A stretch of DNA of 41,416 nt, taken from positions 1-41,416 of the forward strand of contig JBGSUI010000105.1 of NCBI GenBank assembly GCA_041736175.1. The letters run 5' to 3'. Made by a program: the position numbers and the translations under genes. Positions 28,813 through 38,416 of the stretch are shown here, one piece after another (the stretch's first letter is position 1; each line of letters opens with the position of its first letter). The notes below the pieces were generated by a model. It saw nothing but the letters and a program-made list of their open reading frames with translations, did no database searches and had not been told where the DNA came from. The stretch comes from Oligoflexales bacterium (GTDB lineage: Bacteria; Bdellovibrionota_B; Oligoflexia; Oligoflexales; CAIYRB01).

Positions 28813-30000
28813 TTAGAGCTCTTTAAGATGCCACGGGAGTCCATGGACCTTCAGGGCTTCCATAAACGGGTCTGGATTGAGTTGTTCCATATGAACGACG
28901 CCCGTCTGGTGCCACTGTTTGGTCATCATCATCATCGCACCGATCATCGCAGGCACGCCCGTGGTGTAGCTCACGGCTTGGGCTCTCACTTCCTGGTAAC
29001 AGGCTCCATGGTCGCAGATATTATAGATAAATACTTTGCGCCGTTTGCCATCTTTGGTCCCCTCGATGATACAGCCGATGGAGGTTTTACCCGTGTAGCC
29101 TTCGGCTAAGCTCGCCGGATCCGGGAGCAGATGTTTGAGAAACTCCATGGGGATCACCGGAGTCCCGTGGTATAGAACCGGATCGATACGAGTCATACCC
29201 ACATTTTGTAGGACCCTTAGATGGGTCAGGTATTCGTCACCAAAGGTCATCCAGAAGCGAATCTTTTTGAGCCCTTTGATATTGAGGACGAGGGACTCCA
29301 GCTCTTCGTGGTAAATCAAATAAGCTTTACGATCACCGACCCCAGGAAAATCAAAGACCTGGGAGATTTCCATAGGTGCCGTTTCGATCCACTGGCCGTT
29401 TTCCCAGTATTTTCCCCTTTGGGTTACTTCGCGAATATTGATTTCGGGATTGAAGTTGGTGGCAAAGGCTTTGCCGTGGCTTCCCGCATTGCAATCGACG
29501 ATGTCGACGGTTTCGATCTCGTCAAAGAGATGTTTTTGGGCATAGGCACAAAAGACGTTGGTCACGCCAGGATCAAAACCAGACCCCAATAGGGCCATTC
29601 GGCCCGCAGATTTATATTTTTCCTGATAGGCCCACTGCCATTTGTACTCAAACTTAGCCACATCTTTGGGTTCGTAGTTAGCAGTATCCAGGTAGTCCAC
29701 TCCAGCCTCAAGACAAGCGTCCATAAGGGGGAGATCTTGGTAGGGCAGGGCCACGTTGACCACCAGGTCAGGCTTCACCTTGCGGATCAGCGCTACGGTT
29801 GCGGCGACATCATCGGCATCGACTTGGGCCGTGTCGATGGTGCGGTTATGGAGTTCTTTGATTTGGGCTTTGATCTTGTCACAGCGAGCGATCGTCCGGC
29901 TGGCCAGAGTGATATGTTCAAAAACCTGAGGGACCTGTGCACATTTGTGGGCTACCACCCCGCCGACACCACCCGCACCGATGATAAGAACTCGCCCCAT
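28813..30000 (-). CDS. Carboxy(nor)spermidine dehydrogenase (saccharopine dehydrogenase family)
   Basis: VLIIGAGGVG, NVALPYQD, YLDTANYEP, GFDPG, FATNFNPEINIRE, YHEELESL and SYTTGVPA motifs; AGGAG before ATG 30000; upstream of nspC. Confidence 0.92.
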   Translation of the reverse strand: MGRVLIIGAGGVGGVVAHKCAQVPQVFEHITLASRTIARCDKIKAQIKELHNRTIDTAQVDADDVAATVALIRKVKPDLVVNVALPYQDLPLMDACLEAGVDYLDTANYEPKDVAKFEYKWQWAYQEKYKSAGRMALLGSGFDPGVTNVFCAYAQKHLFDEIETVDIVDCNAGSHGKAFATNFNPEINIREVTQRGKYWENGQWIETAPMEISQVFDFPGVGDRKAYLIYHEELESLVLNIKGLKKIRFWMTFGDEYLTHLRVLQNVGMTRIDPVLYHGTPVIPMEFLKHLLPDPASLAEGYTGKTSIGCIIEGTKDGKRRKVFIYNICDHGACYQEVRAQAVSYTTGVPAMIGAMMMMTKQWHQTGVVHMEQLNPDPFMEALKVHGLPWHLKEL

Positions 30001-30229
30001 ATTTGGACTCCTTTTGACTGCCTGATCACAATGGACAACGCCACGCCAGCCGCTATTAGTCGTTCTGCCCTGAATTTGCAAGGTAATTTTTTCGCTTACC
30101 CTCCCCTTGACGGACCCCCCTTGGGTTCTTAAAGTCCCTGGGGGAGTGTGGTCCCGCCCGAGTCTCGGGGACCCGCCGTCACGGTTGACCCCATGATCAC
30201 AAACCAGCCAAATCCAAAGAGGTTTATCA

Positions 30230-32140
30230 ATGAAAGAGTCCGGTCATATTTCCATTCATGCTCAAAATATCCTGCCCATTATCAAAAAGTGGCTTTACTC
30301 CGAAAAGGAAATCTTTGTCCGCGAGCTGGTCTCAAACGCCGCCGACGCGATCCTTAAGCTACAAAAACTCTCCCTTGTCGGCGAAGTCACCCAGGAGATC
30401 CCTGAAGCTAAAATCACAGTGGGTGTGGATAAAGAAAAGGGTACTGTGTGGATCAAGGACACGGGCCTTGGCATGACCGCCGATGAGATCAAAAAATACA
30501 TCAATCAAGTGGCCTTTTCGGGAGTGAGTGATTTCCTCGAAAAGTATAAGGATCAGGACTCCGACCATCAGGTCATTGGCCATTTTGGCCTTGGTTTTTA
30601 CTCAGCTTTTATGGTCGCTAAAAAAGTCGAAATCGATACCCTTTCTTACAAAGAGGGATCAAAGGCCGCCCACTGGAGCTGCGACGGTTCTACAGAATTC
30701 GAGCTCTCCGACTCAGATCGCACGGAAATCGGGACCACTATCACGCTGCATATCGCAGACGATGCTGGCGAAGACTCAGCCGACAGCACAAAACAGATGC
30801 TCCAGGTCGACCATATCCAGATGCTTCTGATGCGTTACTGTGCCTTTATCCGGTTCCCTATCGAGCTTGAAGGTAAAGTCGTCAACGACCCCAAACCCCT
30901 TTGGACCAAATCCCCGTCCACCCTAAACGACAAGGACTATCTGGACTTTTTCCATAAACTCTTTCCAGCAAGCCCTGATCCCCTCTTTTGGATCCACCTC
31001 AATGTGGATCACCCGTTTAATCTCAAAGGAATCCTCTACTTCCCAAAACTAGCCCACGAACTGGATGCCTCCCAAGGGGAGATTAAACTCTACTGCAACC
31101 AAGTCTACGTGGCTGATAATATTAAAGAACTCATCCCTGAGTTTCTGACCCTCCTCAAGGGTGTGGTCGACTGCCCTGACATGCCTCTTAACGTATCTCG
31201 AAGCTACCTCCAAAACGACCCGGTCGCCCGTAAGATCAGCGAGCATATCACCAAGAAAGTCGCCGACAAACTCACGGGGCTTGCCAAAACCGAAAGGGAG
31301 GCCTACCAAAAATACTGGGAGGATATCCATCCATTTGTCAAATTTGGTATGCTACGGGATCACAAATTTGCAGAAAAACTCCAAGACCATGTGCTCTTTA
31401 AGGCCTCCTCCGGAGACTTCTATACGGTCCAGGAATATCTAGACAAGATGAAAGATCGCCTCGAGGAAAACACAGTCCTCTATGCCAGCGACCCTAAGAC
31501 CCAGGCTTCTTACCTAACGATGCTGCGCGAGCATGACCTGGATGCCGTCATCGCGGACACCATGATAGATAGCCATTTTATCCCCTTTTTAGAATCCCAA
31601 CTGGGTCGTAAGGTCCACTTTAAGCGGGTCGACTCCGATGTGACCAGCCACCTGATCGACAAGAAAAACTCCGATATCGTCCTCAATGCCCAAGACCAAA
31701 AAACCTCTACCGAGGCCATCGAAAAGATCTTCCGGGACCATCTAGAAAAAACCAAAGTCAAGGTGCGGGTCGAAGCCCTTAAGTCCGAAAAAGTACCAGC
31801 CATGCTTCTAGGAGATGAGTTTAGCCGGCGGATGCGCGATATGACTAAATCCCGTGGTGGAAGTGCCATGGCCTCCTATATGGCAGGAATCGAACCGGAA
31901 GAGACTCTTCTCATCAATAAAAACAGTCCTGCCATCAAAAACCTGCTCCGTCTCAGCCTGCAATTTAACAGAGGCGACGACGTCAAGATGTTGGTCAACC
32001 AAATCTACGACCTCGCCTGGCTCCAGCAGGGGTCTTTTACAGCTGAGATGATGCAAAACTTTGTCGACCGGACTTCCCGCATCTTAGGCCGGTACGGCTC
32101 TATGGACGAAGAGAAAAAAGTCGAGATCGTGGCACCCTAA
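30230..32140 (+). CDS. htpG: Hsp90 chaperone HtpG
   Basis: LYSEKEIFVRELVSNAADA, DTGLGM, IGHFGLGFYSAFMVA, GT and PLNVSRSYLQ motifs. Confidence 0.96.
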   Translation: MKESGHISIHAQNILPIIKKWLYSEKEIFVRELVSNAADAILKLQKLSLVGEVTQEIPEAKITVGVDKEKGTVWIKDTGLGMTADEIKKYINQVAFSGVSDFLEKYKDQDSDHQVIGHFGLGFYSAFMVAKKVEIDTLSYKEGSKAAHWSCDGSTEFELSDSDRTEIGTTITLHIADDAGEDSADSTKQMLQVDHIQMLLMRYCAFIRFPIELEGKVVNDPKPLWTKSPSTLNDKDYLDFFHKLFPASPDPLFWIHLNVDHPFNLKGILYFPKLAHELDASQGEIKLYCNQVYVADNIKELIPEFLTLLKGVVDCPDMPLNVSRSYLQNDPVARKISEHITKKVADKLTGLAKTEREAYQKYWEDIHPFVKFGMLRDHKFAEKLQDHVLFKASSGDFYTVQEYLDKMKDRLEENTVLYASDPKTQASYLTMLREHDLDAVIADTMIDSHFIPFLESQLGRKVHFKRVDSDVTSHLIDKKNSDIVLNAQDQKTSTEAIEKIFRDHLEKTKVKVRVEALKSEKVPAMLLGDEFSRRMRDMTKSRGGSAMASYMAGIEPEETLLINKNSPAIKNLLRLSLQFNRGDDVKMLVNQIYDLAWLQQGSFTAEMMQNFVDRTSRILGRYGSMDEEKKVEIVAP

Positions 32141-32152
32141 CGGTCGAGTCTC

Positions 32153-33223
32153 CTAGGATTTTGTACCTTTTGACTCTTGAATCTGCTTTTGCAGGGCGGC
32201 GACCGCCTCGTCGCCCGGCAAAGCCACCTTAACTTCGTCCACAAGGGTTTGGGCCTTGACCACTTGGCCGCTCTTTAGGTACTCGCGGGCCAGTTGCATC
32301 TTAGTATAGTTAATCCGTTGGACACCGTACTGGGCAGGAATTCCCTTTTCAATCTGTTGCTGCATCTCGGCGCTTTGGGCTGTGATCGCTTTGGTATAAG
32401 CGTCAACCGACTTTTCTGGGTCACCCAGCCGGGAGTAGGCCTCCGCCAAATCACTCCAAGCCCGGGGGCTGGTGGATCCGCCCTCGACTGCTTTTTGCAG
32501 ATAAGGAATCGCCTCTTGGTCTTTCCCAGCGATGATCAGCATCTGACCAGCTCCATAGGCGATATCAGCCTGGGCTGGGTTTCCACTGCTTTTTTGGGCG
32601 ATCCGAGTAAAGTATTCGATACCCTCGGGGAGTTTAGACTGCTCTTCAAAGAGGCTAACCAACTCATTCATAACCATGGGGTTAGCAGGGTTGACCTCGA
32701 AAGCCATCTGGAGGTAGGTGAGCGCCTGTTCAGGTTGTTTTAAATCAAGGAGCTGCATCATCGCCATCTCCACAAGGGCCCGCTCGTTACGGGGGTCCCG
32801 TTTGATCACTCCTTCGAGGAGCTGGGTGGCTTCACTCACTTGACCTTGGTCTAAGGCTTCGATGGCCTTATGAATATCCCCTTCGTCCACCTGGTTTAGA
32901 GAGGCCTCCCCAGAAGGGGATAGGGAGTGCGCTTCAACCTGAGAGGGAGATCCTGTCTTGACGGTCGCGGGGCTTGATTCCTGTGGGGTTTGGACGCCCA
33001 CTACGGATGAGGAAGCTTTGGGGGAGACAGGTTTATCGGCTGCGGTCGAGAGATGATTCATCATAGCAAGTGGCTTGGGCTTGTCTTCGGGACCCTCTGT
33101 CATGAGATATAAAAAGATCCCTATGGCCACGATGAGCAGCAGAAAAGCTCCGACAAAACTCGGCCAGCTAGCGGCATTTGCTTTTTCTGCTTTGGAAGTC
33201 GGCGGGTTCGGGTGTTTTGGCAT
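32153..33223 (-). CDS. Membrane-anchored tetratricopeptide-repeat protein
   Basis: N-terminal TM helix, S/P-rich linker and repeated TPR-like helices. ATG 33223 preferred. Confidence 0.8.
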   Translation of the reverse strand: MPKHPNPPTSKAEKANAASWPSFVGAFLLLIVAIGIFLYLMTEGPEDKPKPLAMMNHLSTAADKPVSPKASSSVVGVQTPQESSPATVKTGSPSQVEAHSLSPSGEASLNQVDEGDIHKAIEALDQGQVSEATQLLEGVIKRDPRNERALVEMAMMQLLDLKQPEQALTYLQMAFEVNPANPMVMNELVSLFEEQSKLPEGIEYFTRIAQKSSGNPAQADIAYGAGQMLIIAGKDQEAIPYLQKAVEGGSTSPRAWSDLAEAYSRLGDPEKSVDAYTKAITAQSAEMQQQIEKGIPAQYGVQRINYTKMQLAREYLKSGQVVKAQTLVDEVKVALPGDEAVAALQKQIQESKGTKS

Positions 33224-33432
33224 GGAAAACCCCTTTGATCTAAAGGTGAAAGTGTACGGCCCAAATCCATACACCTTTGACAGTTTACCTTAAAATCCTA
33301 AATAAACAAATAAATTTAGCATTCAAATCCTATGGGCGACTTGCTGGGATTTTCAGTCGACGGGAGAGTCCGTTAAGAGTAAGCCTAATCATGGCCTAGG
33401 ATAGCTACAACGACTTCCATACGGACCCACCG

Positions 33433-35451
33433 ATGACCCAATCCACTTCAGATGCCCCCCTCCCCCAAGAGTTTGCGATCATCGTCGTCGACGACGAGAC
33501 CGCAGTACGCTCCTGCGTCACGAAGGATATCCAAACCTACTACGAGGGTTACGAGTCCTTCCTTACGATAGAACCAGCATCCTCTGCGGACGAAGCTTTG
33601 TCTCTTTTTGACGAGCTTCAGTCCCAAGGAATCCTAATTCCCCTCGTGATTTCGGACTATGCCATGCCCCAAAAAAGCGGCATCGATCTCTTCCGGTCCC
33701 TGCGAAAGGATCGAGGGGTTATCGACACCCGTCACCTTCTGCTCAGTGGGCAGATCGAACACGCCAATCTCAGCACGGCTCTTACCGAAGAGTTGGTGGA
33801 CGGATACCAGCTTAAGCCCTACAAAAGCGACCAGCTTAAAAACGAAGTCAAACGCCTGGTATCCCTCTATTTTATCAGATATCATTTCGATATGATAGAG
33901 CTTTTCCCTAAACTAATCTCTCACGATGCCTACCAGCTTGCCCTCCGGGAGTCCGAAGCCCAGAAACGACAGCTGACCCACCAAATCGGCCGGATCAAGG
34001 CTTCGGCCCTTGCCCGTCAGGAAACCTCTGACGAAAACATCTTTAGCTCCTTGACCCAAGCCATCAAGACATGGGTGAGCCGTAACTCTAGACAAGAACT
34101 CCTCCACGAGTTCCCGGCAGGCCAGGTTATCCTACGGGAAGGGGAGCCCAATGATCGGCTTTGGTTTCTCCTAGAGGGCGAAGTGATCCAGGAAAAAGCT
34201 GGCCAATGGGGACCTGTACACCTAGGTGACGATGGCAAAGGTAATATCTTTGGATTGTTATCCTATATGACCCAGCATCCATCTTTTTCCACAATCCACG
34301 CCAAAACACCCTGTGTGGTGGCTTGCTTTAATCGGGATGACCTCAATCTATTGATCTCCATGGAAGAAGATTTTATCATCTTGTTACTCAATACGGTATT
34401 AAGGATTCTCAAACGGCGCCTGATGGGTGTCAGCGCAACCAAAGTCGAACTTCAAGATACCCTCCAGACTCTTAAACAAGCCCAGGTTAAGCTGGTCGAA
34501 GCAGAAAAAATGGCGACTCTAGGCATTATGACTGCCGGCGTCGCCCATGAACTCAACAATCCCAGCGCCGCCCTCCAACGGGGAGCCGAACACGTCCAGG
34601 AGTCACTGCAAACTTTAACTGACTTTTGGATCAAGGGCAGGCTTACAGACCCAACTCAACTCAAAGCAGGCCAGACTATCCTCAAGGCCAGCCAAAGGGC
34701 AAAACCCTACTCGACAACAGACCTGCGTAATCAAACTCAAGTTTATAGTAAACTCTTGTCCCGAAACCAAGCCCGCAAGAGAGCCGAAATCGAGTTAAGC
34801 CTGGGCCAAAACCTCCTGGACCTGGAAGGCTCCCAAGAGAGCTGGCTTACCGAGGAGAGCTTGGATCTTTTTTATCTGTTTTTCGAAGTGGGGAGTTTTC
34901 TAGGCAATATCCGCTCCAGCAGCAGCCGAATCGCCCAACTGGTTCAAGGCATGAAAAACTACGCACGAGCAGAAACAGCGGCTTTTGAGCAGGTGGATAT
35001 CCGCTCAGGGCTAGAGGACACCTACTGGGTGCTGCAAAACCGTCTCAAGAATTTTCAGTTTGAAAAAGAGTTTCTCACCACCACCAAAGCCTGGGCTGTC
35101 CCCTCCCAACTCAACCAGGTGTGGACCAACCTCCTTAGCAATGCTTGTGATGCCAGCCAGCCCGGAGGCTCTATCAAAGTCGTGGTCGACGAAACGGTGG
35201 AAGGCGGTCGTAGCTACGTGCGAACTTCCATTATCGACCATGGTGCAGGGATCCCTACGGAACTCCAATCCAAGATCTTTGAGCCCCGCTTTACCACAAA
35301 AAAAGGCGAAGATGGGCACTACGGGTTAGGACTTGGTCTGGCGATTGTCCATAAGATCATTCGGGATCATGGGGGCGATATTAGATTTGTGTCTCAGCCG
35401 GGCGAGGGTACCACTTTTACGGTGTTGGTGCCGGTGGCTCCCCAAAACTAA
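33433..35451 (+). CDS. Cytoplasmic hybrid histidine kinase: REC + cNMP-binding + HisKA + HATPase
   Basis: IIVVDDE/ISDYAMP/KP receiver motifs; ILREGEPND..WFLLEGEV..G.IFG cNMP domain; AHELNNP, NQVWTNLLSNA, DHGAG, FTTK and GLGLGL boxes. Confidence 0.9.
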   Translation: MTQSTSDAPLPQEFAIIVVDDETAVRSCVTKDIQTYYEGYESFLTIEPASSADEALSLFDELQSQGILIPLVISDYAMPQKSGIDLFRSLRKDRGVIDTRHLLLSGQIEHANLSTALTEELVDGYQLKPYKSDQLKNEVKRLVSLYFIRYHFDMIELFPKLISHDAYQLALRESEAQKRQLTHQIGRIKASALARQETSDENIFSSLTQAIKTWVSRNSRQELLHEFPAGQVILREGEPNDRLWFLLEGEVIQEKAGQWGPVHLGDDGKGNIFGLLSYMTQHPSFSTIHAKTPCVVACFNRDDLNLLISMEEDFIILLLNTVLRILKRRLMGVSATKVELQDTLQTLKQAQVKLVEAEKMATLGIMTAGVAHELNNPSAALQRGAEHVQESLQTLTDFWIKGRLTDPTQLKAGQTILKASQRAKPYSTTDLRNQTQVYSKLLSRNQARKRAEIELSLGQNLLDLEGSQESWLTEESLDLFYLFFEVGSFLGNIRSSSSRIAQLVQGMKNYARAETAAFEQVDIRSGLEDTYWVLQNRLKNFQFEKEFLTTTKAWAVPSQLNQVWTNLLSNACDASQPGGSIKVVVDETVEGGRSYVRTSIIDHGAGIPTELQSKIFEPRFTTKKGEDGHYGLGLGLAIVHKIIRDHGGDIRFVSQPGEGTTFTVLVPVAPQN

Positions 35452-35509
35452 GGGGCCAGCCTCTAAGGGTTAATTCTCCAGCAGAGTACATTTGCCAGTG
35501 ACTGATCTT

Positions 35510-35899
35510 TCAAGCGAGCACCTTATTTACTTCTCCAGCCACCTTGGTCAATGCGCCCAATTCAACCAGCACATTACCTACGTATGTAGACTGGGTCTCC
35601 TCTCCCTGGTCTCTAACCAGAGATACGGTTATTTTGACGTGTTTTGTGCCGTCGTGTGTTGCAGCTAAAATAAAGTCACCTTCTATGGACTTCCATGACC
35701 TCGTCCCGCTCCAACCCTTCCAATCTTTCGCCAAATCCTCGAAAAAATGCGCTAATCGTGGTGCGTCAGTATACAGATAGGTTGTAATTCCAAATTGATT
35801 TTCATCTGATCTCATTGTTACCGACAAATAGTCGTCGGTTCTCGGCCCGATGACCAGTGACAGAGCCTCACCCCCGATCGTCGTAATCGTTATCGTCAT
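35510..35899 (-). CDS. Orphan immunity protein, DUF6228/WapI-like
   Basis: FFEDLAKDWKGWSG.RSWKSIEG.....THDG..H pattern recalled as DUF6228; starts 2 nt after the stop of the toxin-tip relic. Confidence 0.65.
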   Translation of the reverse strand: MTITITTIGGEALSLVIGPRTDDYLSVTMRSDENQFGITTYLYTDAPRLAHFFEDLAKDWKGWSGTRSWKSIEGDFILAATHDGTKHVKITVSLVRDQGEETQSTYVGNVLVELGALTKVAGEVNKVLA

Positions 35900-35901
35900 C
35901 G

Positions 35902-36090
35902 TTAACCCCCCACTCTCATTACTGTGACGACCAATTCGCCGCTATTTTCGGTGTAAGCACTACAAATTGGGGTCCCTACACTAACAAAAGAGAGAGCCCG
36001 TTCGAAAGAAGAAAGTTTCTGGCCTGTTAACAAATTTTTTCCAGTGAGGCCTTCGTAGATGTCTTTTCCCACTCCAATTCCCGGAGTCAT
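35902..36090 (-). pseudogene. Collapsed orphan toxin cassette: pre-toxin TG segment fused to the last 24 codons of a different toxin
   Basis: MTPGIGVGKDIYEGLTGKNLLTGQKLSSFERALSFVSV nearly matches the full toxin, then GTPICSAYTENSGELVVTVMRVGG-stop. Confidence 0.75.
35976..36090. repeat. 115-bp direct repeat, orphan copy (pre-toxin TG region)
   Basis: Ungapped match to 37120-37234 with 10 mismatches by manual count. Confidence 0.93.
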
Positions 36091-36203
36091 TTCGAAGTCG
36101 GTCAATGCCCGAAATTTGGAGTCGCAAAAAACCCAGTTTGTGCGCGGGTTCTAGATAACTTTCAGCCAGCGCTGATTGTTCGCTCTGAAGCGTTGACTTC
36201 TTG

Positions 36204-36611
36204 TTAAGTGTTGACGTGAACGAGAACAGATTTGAGTTCAGTAGCAAACTCGTCTAGCAGATGAGTTTCGATTCTTACAGTCAGATCAGCCGAATTTTCG
36301 TCAGTTGCATTTGCCAAACTGAATTTGGCAGAAAAATGCCCAATACTATCGGTGGGAATGACCGCTAAAGTAAAATCAGACATTGCCCGGAGTTTAGCTG
36401 CCTTTGCTTTCCCTGAAGTTAGATCAGCGATGTTCGAAATAAACTTGGATAGATCTTCATTATAAAACCAGACATCACTCAGATAACCAGCAAATCCGCG
36501 TGACTCAACTCTAAATCGGAAACCAAAGGTCTTACTACCATTGGCATCGCAAAAGTCTGTTTTTTCGACTTCAAAAAAGCTTTTACCATCGTTGCTTCTA
36601 TAGGTACTCAT
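36204..36611 (-). CDS. Cognate immunity protein (WapI-like, tentative)
   Basis: 135-aa cytoplasmic ORF starting 8 nt after the toxin stop; GF.G..VWF...L..F...L...G.A.L...D.IGH pattern. Confidence 0.7.
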   Translation of the reverse strand: MSTYRSNDGKSFFEVEKTDFCDANGSKTFGFRFRVESRGFAGYLSDVWFYNEDLSKFISNIADLTSGKAKAAKLRAMSDFTLAVIPTDSIGHFSAKFSLANATDENSADLTVRIETHLLDEFATELKSVLVHVNT

Positions 36612-36619
36612 ATTGCCGC

Positions 36620-38416
36620 CTATTTTTTCATGAGTGCATGTATTATCACTGGCAATTCGTCCGTCGGACGCTTACTAAAAATAAGCTCCCACCCACCAGA
36701 TATTATTGGATTTCCTGAATCGAATGACGTTTTCCATGCCCCAGATCTAACAGCTTCCTTAACGCCGCTCTCAAAACTAGAGATAATCAAATCATTCCGG
36801 AGGGGCAACCCATGAGTTGGAGGGAGGCTATTAATGTATTCACCCATGTGCTTGGTAGCGTTAGGATTTACAAAAAATTCGGTGCCTTCTGTTTTCAGCC
36901 TAAAATATTTCGGGATAGTGGTACCTGGAATTGCCTCCCCGAGATTGGACATTTGACTTCTAATATTTTTCGCAGAGTCCAAAAAATCCGCAGCCTTCGC
37001 CCCTGATTTTACGATCTCCTCAGCCTCTTCAGCAGTCTTCACACCTCTCTTTGCTATTTTAGCCATAATGCCGATACCGACAGAGGCTTTTATGACCACA
37101 GGAGCTATACCGCCTGTCGCTACACTAACAAAAGACAAAGCCCGTTCGAAAGTAGAAAGTTTCTCGCCAGTTAACAAATTTTTTCCAGTGAGTCCTTCAT
37201 AGATGTCTTTTCCCACTCTAATTCCTGGGGTCATGGACAGCGCGAGATCCAGGGCAGCCGTAGCAAGATTGAGGGCAAAGTCTCCGGCCGGAAAATTTCC
37301 AGCGCCAAATTCCTCGCTAGCAACATCAAGACTATGGTCTGCCAGTTTGACAAGTTCTCGTTTTTGCTCTCGCAATTCAGGATTTCGTTCCACTTCAGCT
37401 TCAACAAATTTTAAATAATTTCTTGTCTCTGCTATCTTACGTCCCTCAGGGGTGTGAGGAAGTGCCTGGCCGGGTTGGACTCCTTCAGTCATTTCAGGTA
37501 TGGGAGTCAAAGGTTCAGTCATTGGCCCCATGTGTTTATCGAGAGCTTCGTTGTGTTTTTTAGCTGCCTCAATCATCGCTTGGTTGAGATCATTGTTATA
37601 TTGCTGGCCTCGCTCCACATACGGCTCGGCTTTTCCTGAGGTTCGTACTTGTTCTTTCAGTTGGTTTACATGCGCCTGAGCCTCTTTGATCGCGTGGTCC
37701 AACTCGACCTCTTTTATTTCTTTTAAAGAAACTTCATTTGCCTTAGCGATTTCTTCATTCAGCCATTTTGCGGTTTCGCTATGTTTTGCTATCTCATCCT
37801 CCAGCTTTTTTCTTTCTGCCTCCATTTCGGCTCTGATCCTAGCTGCCTTTTTGCTCCTGTCCCGTCGACTGCTGCCACCAAAAACAGATCCTACGGTGTC
37901 GCCCATAACGACACCTAAATCCTGAGAAAGAATATCCAGCTTGTCATAAATGGCTTGGGCTAGTTGAAAGGGCACCTTAAGCAGACCGATAAGCATCGGT
38001 TGACCTTTATTGTCGCCAGACCCACTGCCATCCCCGGAGGACCAGCGACCATCTCCACCGCTACCGCCACTAAATTCACCTTTATCTCCATTGTCGTCCC
38101 GGCCTAATCCCCCATTGCTACCTGAACCACAACTTCCACCATGGCAGTTCCCATCGGCTCTTCCTGGCCCCTTAGGCTCTCCGGGTGAGATGTTTGTTAT
38201 GGGGCCATCAAAGTGGTTATTATTCTGTTGTCTTGTAGAATCCGCCATCGACATGTTAGGGACGAGGAGTCTTCCATGGCCATCAAACGTCCACCGGACT
38301 GAACTGGTAAGATTTGCTGCCTCCAGTGGTCTAGAATTTCCCTTACTTTTCGGTCGACAAGAAACCATGATAGTGATCGTTAAAAAAAATATTACGGTTA
38401 TTTTTTTGAAATGCAT
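36620..38416 (-). CDS. Lipoprotein polymorphic toxin with Gly-rich linker, coiled coil, pre-toxin TG motif and C-terminal toxin domain
   Basis: Signal peptide ending MVSC (Cys20); Gly-rich tract; K/E/A coiled coil; PG..GKDIYEGLTGKNLLTGEKLS motif; terminal domain IPKYF...VNPNATKHMGEY...GWELIFS...LPVIIHAL. Confidence 0.82.
   Translation of the reverse strand: MHFKKITVIFFLTITIMVSCRPKSKGNSRPLEAANLTSSVRWTFDGHGRLLVPNMSMADSTRQQNNNHFDGPITNISPGEPKGPGRADGNCHGGSCGSGSNGGLGRDDNGDKGEFSGGSGGDGRWSSGDGSGSGDNKGQPMLIGLLKVPFQLAQAIYDKLDILSQDLGVVMGDTVGSVFGGSSRRDRSKKAARIRAEMEAERKKLEDEIAKHSETAKWLNEEIAKANEVSLKEIKEVELDHAIKEAQAHVNQLKEQVRTSGKAEPYVERGQQYNNDLNQAMIEAAKKHNEALDKHMGPMTEPLTPIPEMTEGVQPGQALPHTPEGRKIAETRNYLKFVEAEVERNPELREQKRELVKLADHSLDVASEEFGAGNFPAGDFALNLATAALDLALSMTPGIRVGKDIYEGLTGKNLLTGEKLSTFERALSFVSVATGGIAPVVIKASVGIGIMAKIAKRGVKTAEEAEEIVKSGAKAADFLDSAKNIRSQMSNLGEAIPGTTIPKYFRLKTEGTEFFVNPNATKHMGEYINSLPPTHGLPLRNDLIISSFESGVKEAVRSGAWKTSFDSGNPIISGGWELIFSKRPTDELPVIIHALMKK
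37120..37234. repeat. 115-bp direct repeat, copy inside the toxin gene
   Basis: Ungapped match to 35976-36090. Confidence 0.93.

Noticed and set aside
35981..36247. 88-aa ORF overlapping the immunity gene and the orphan repeat
   Set aside because: It overlaps two better-supported features in another frame. Part of it may be decayed cassette sequence, but this cannot be shown.
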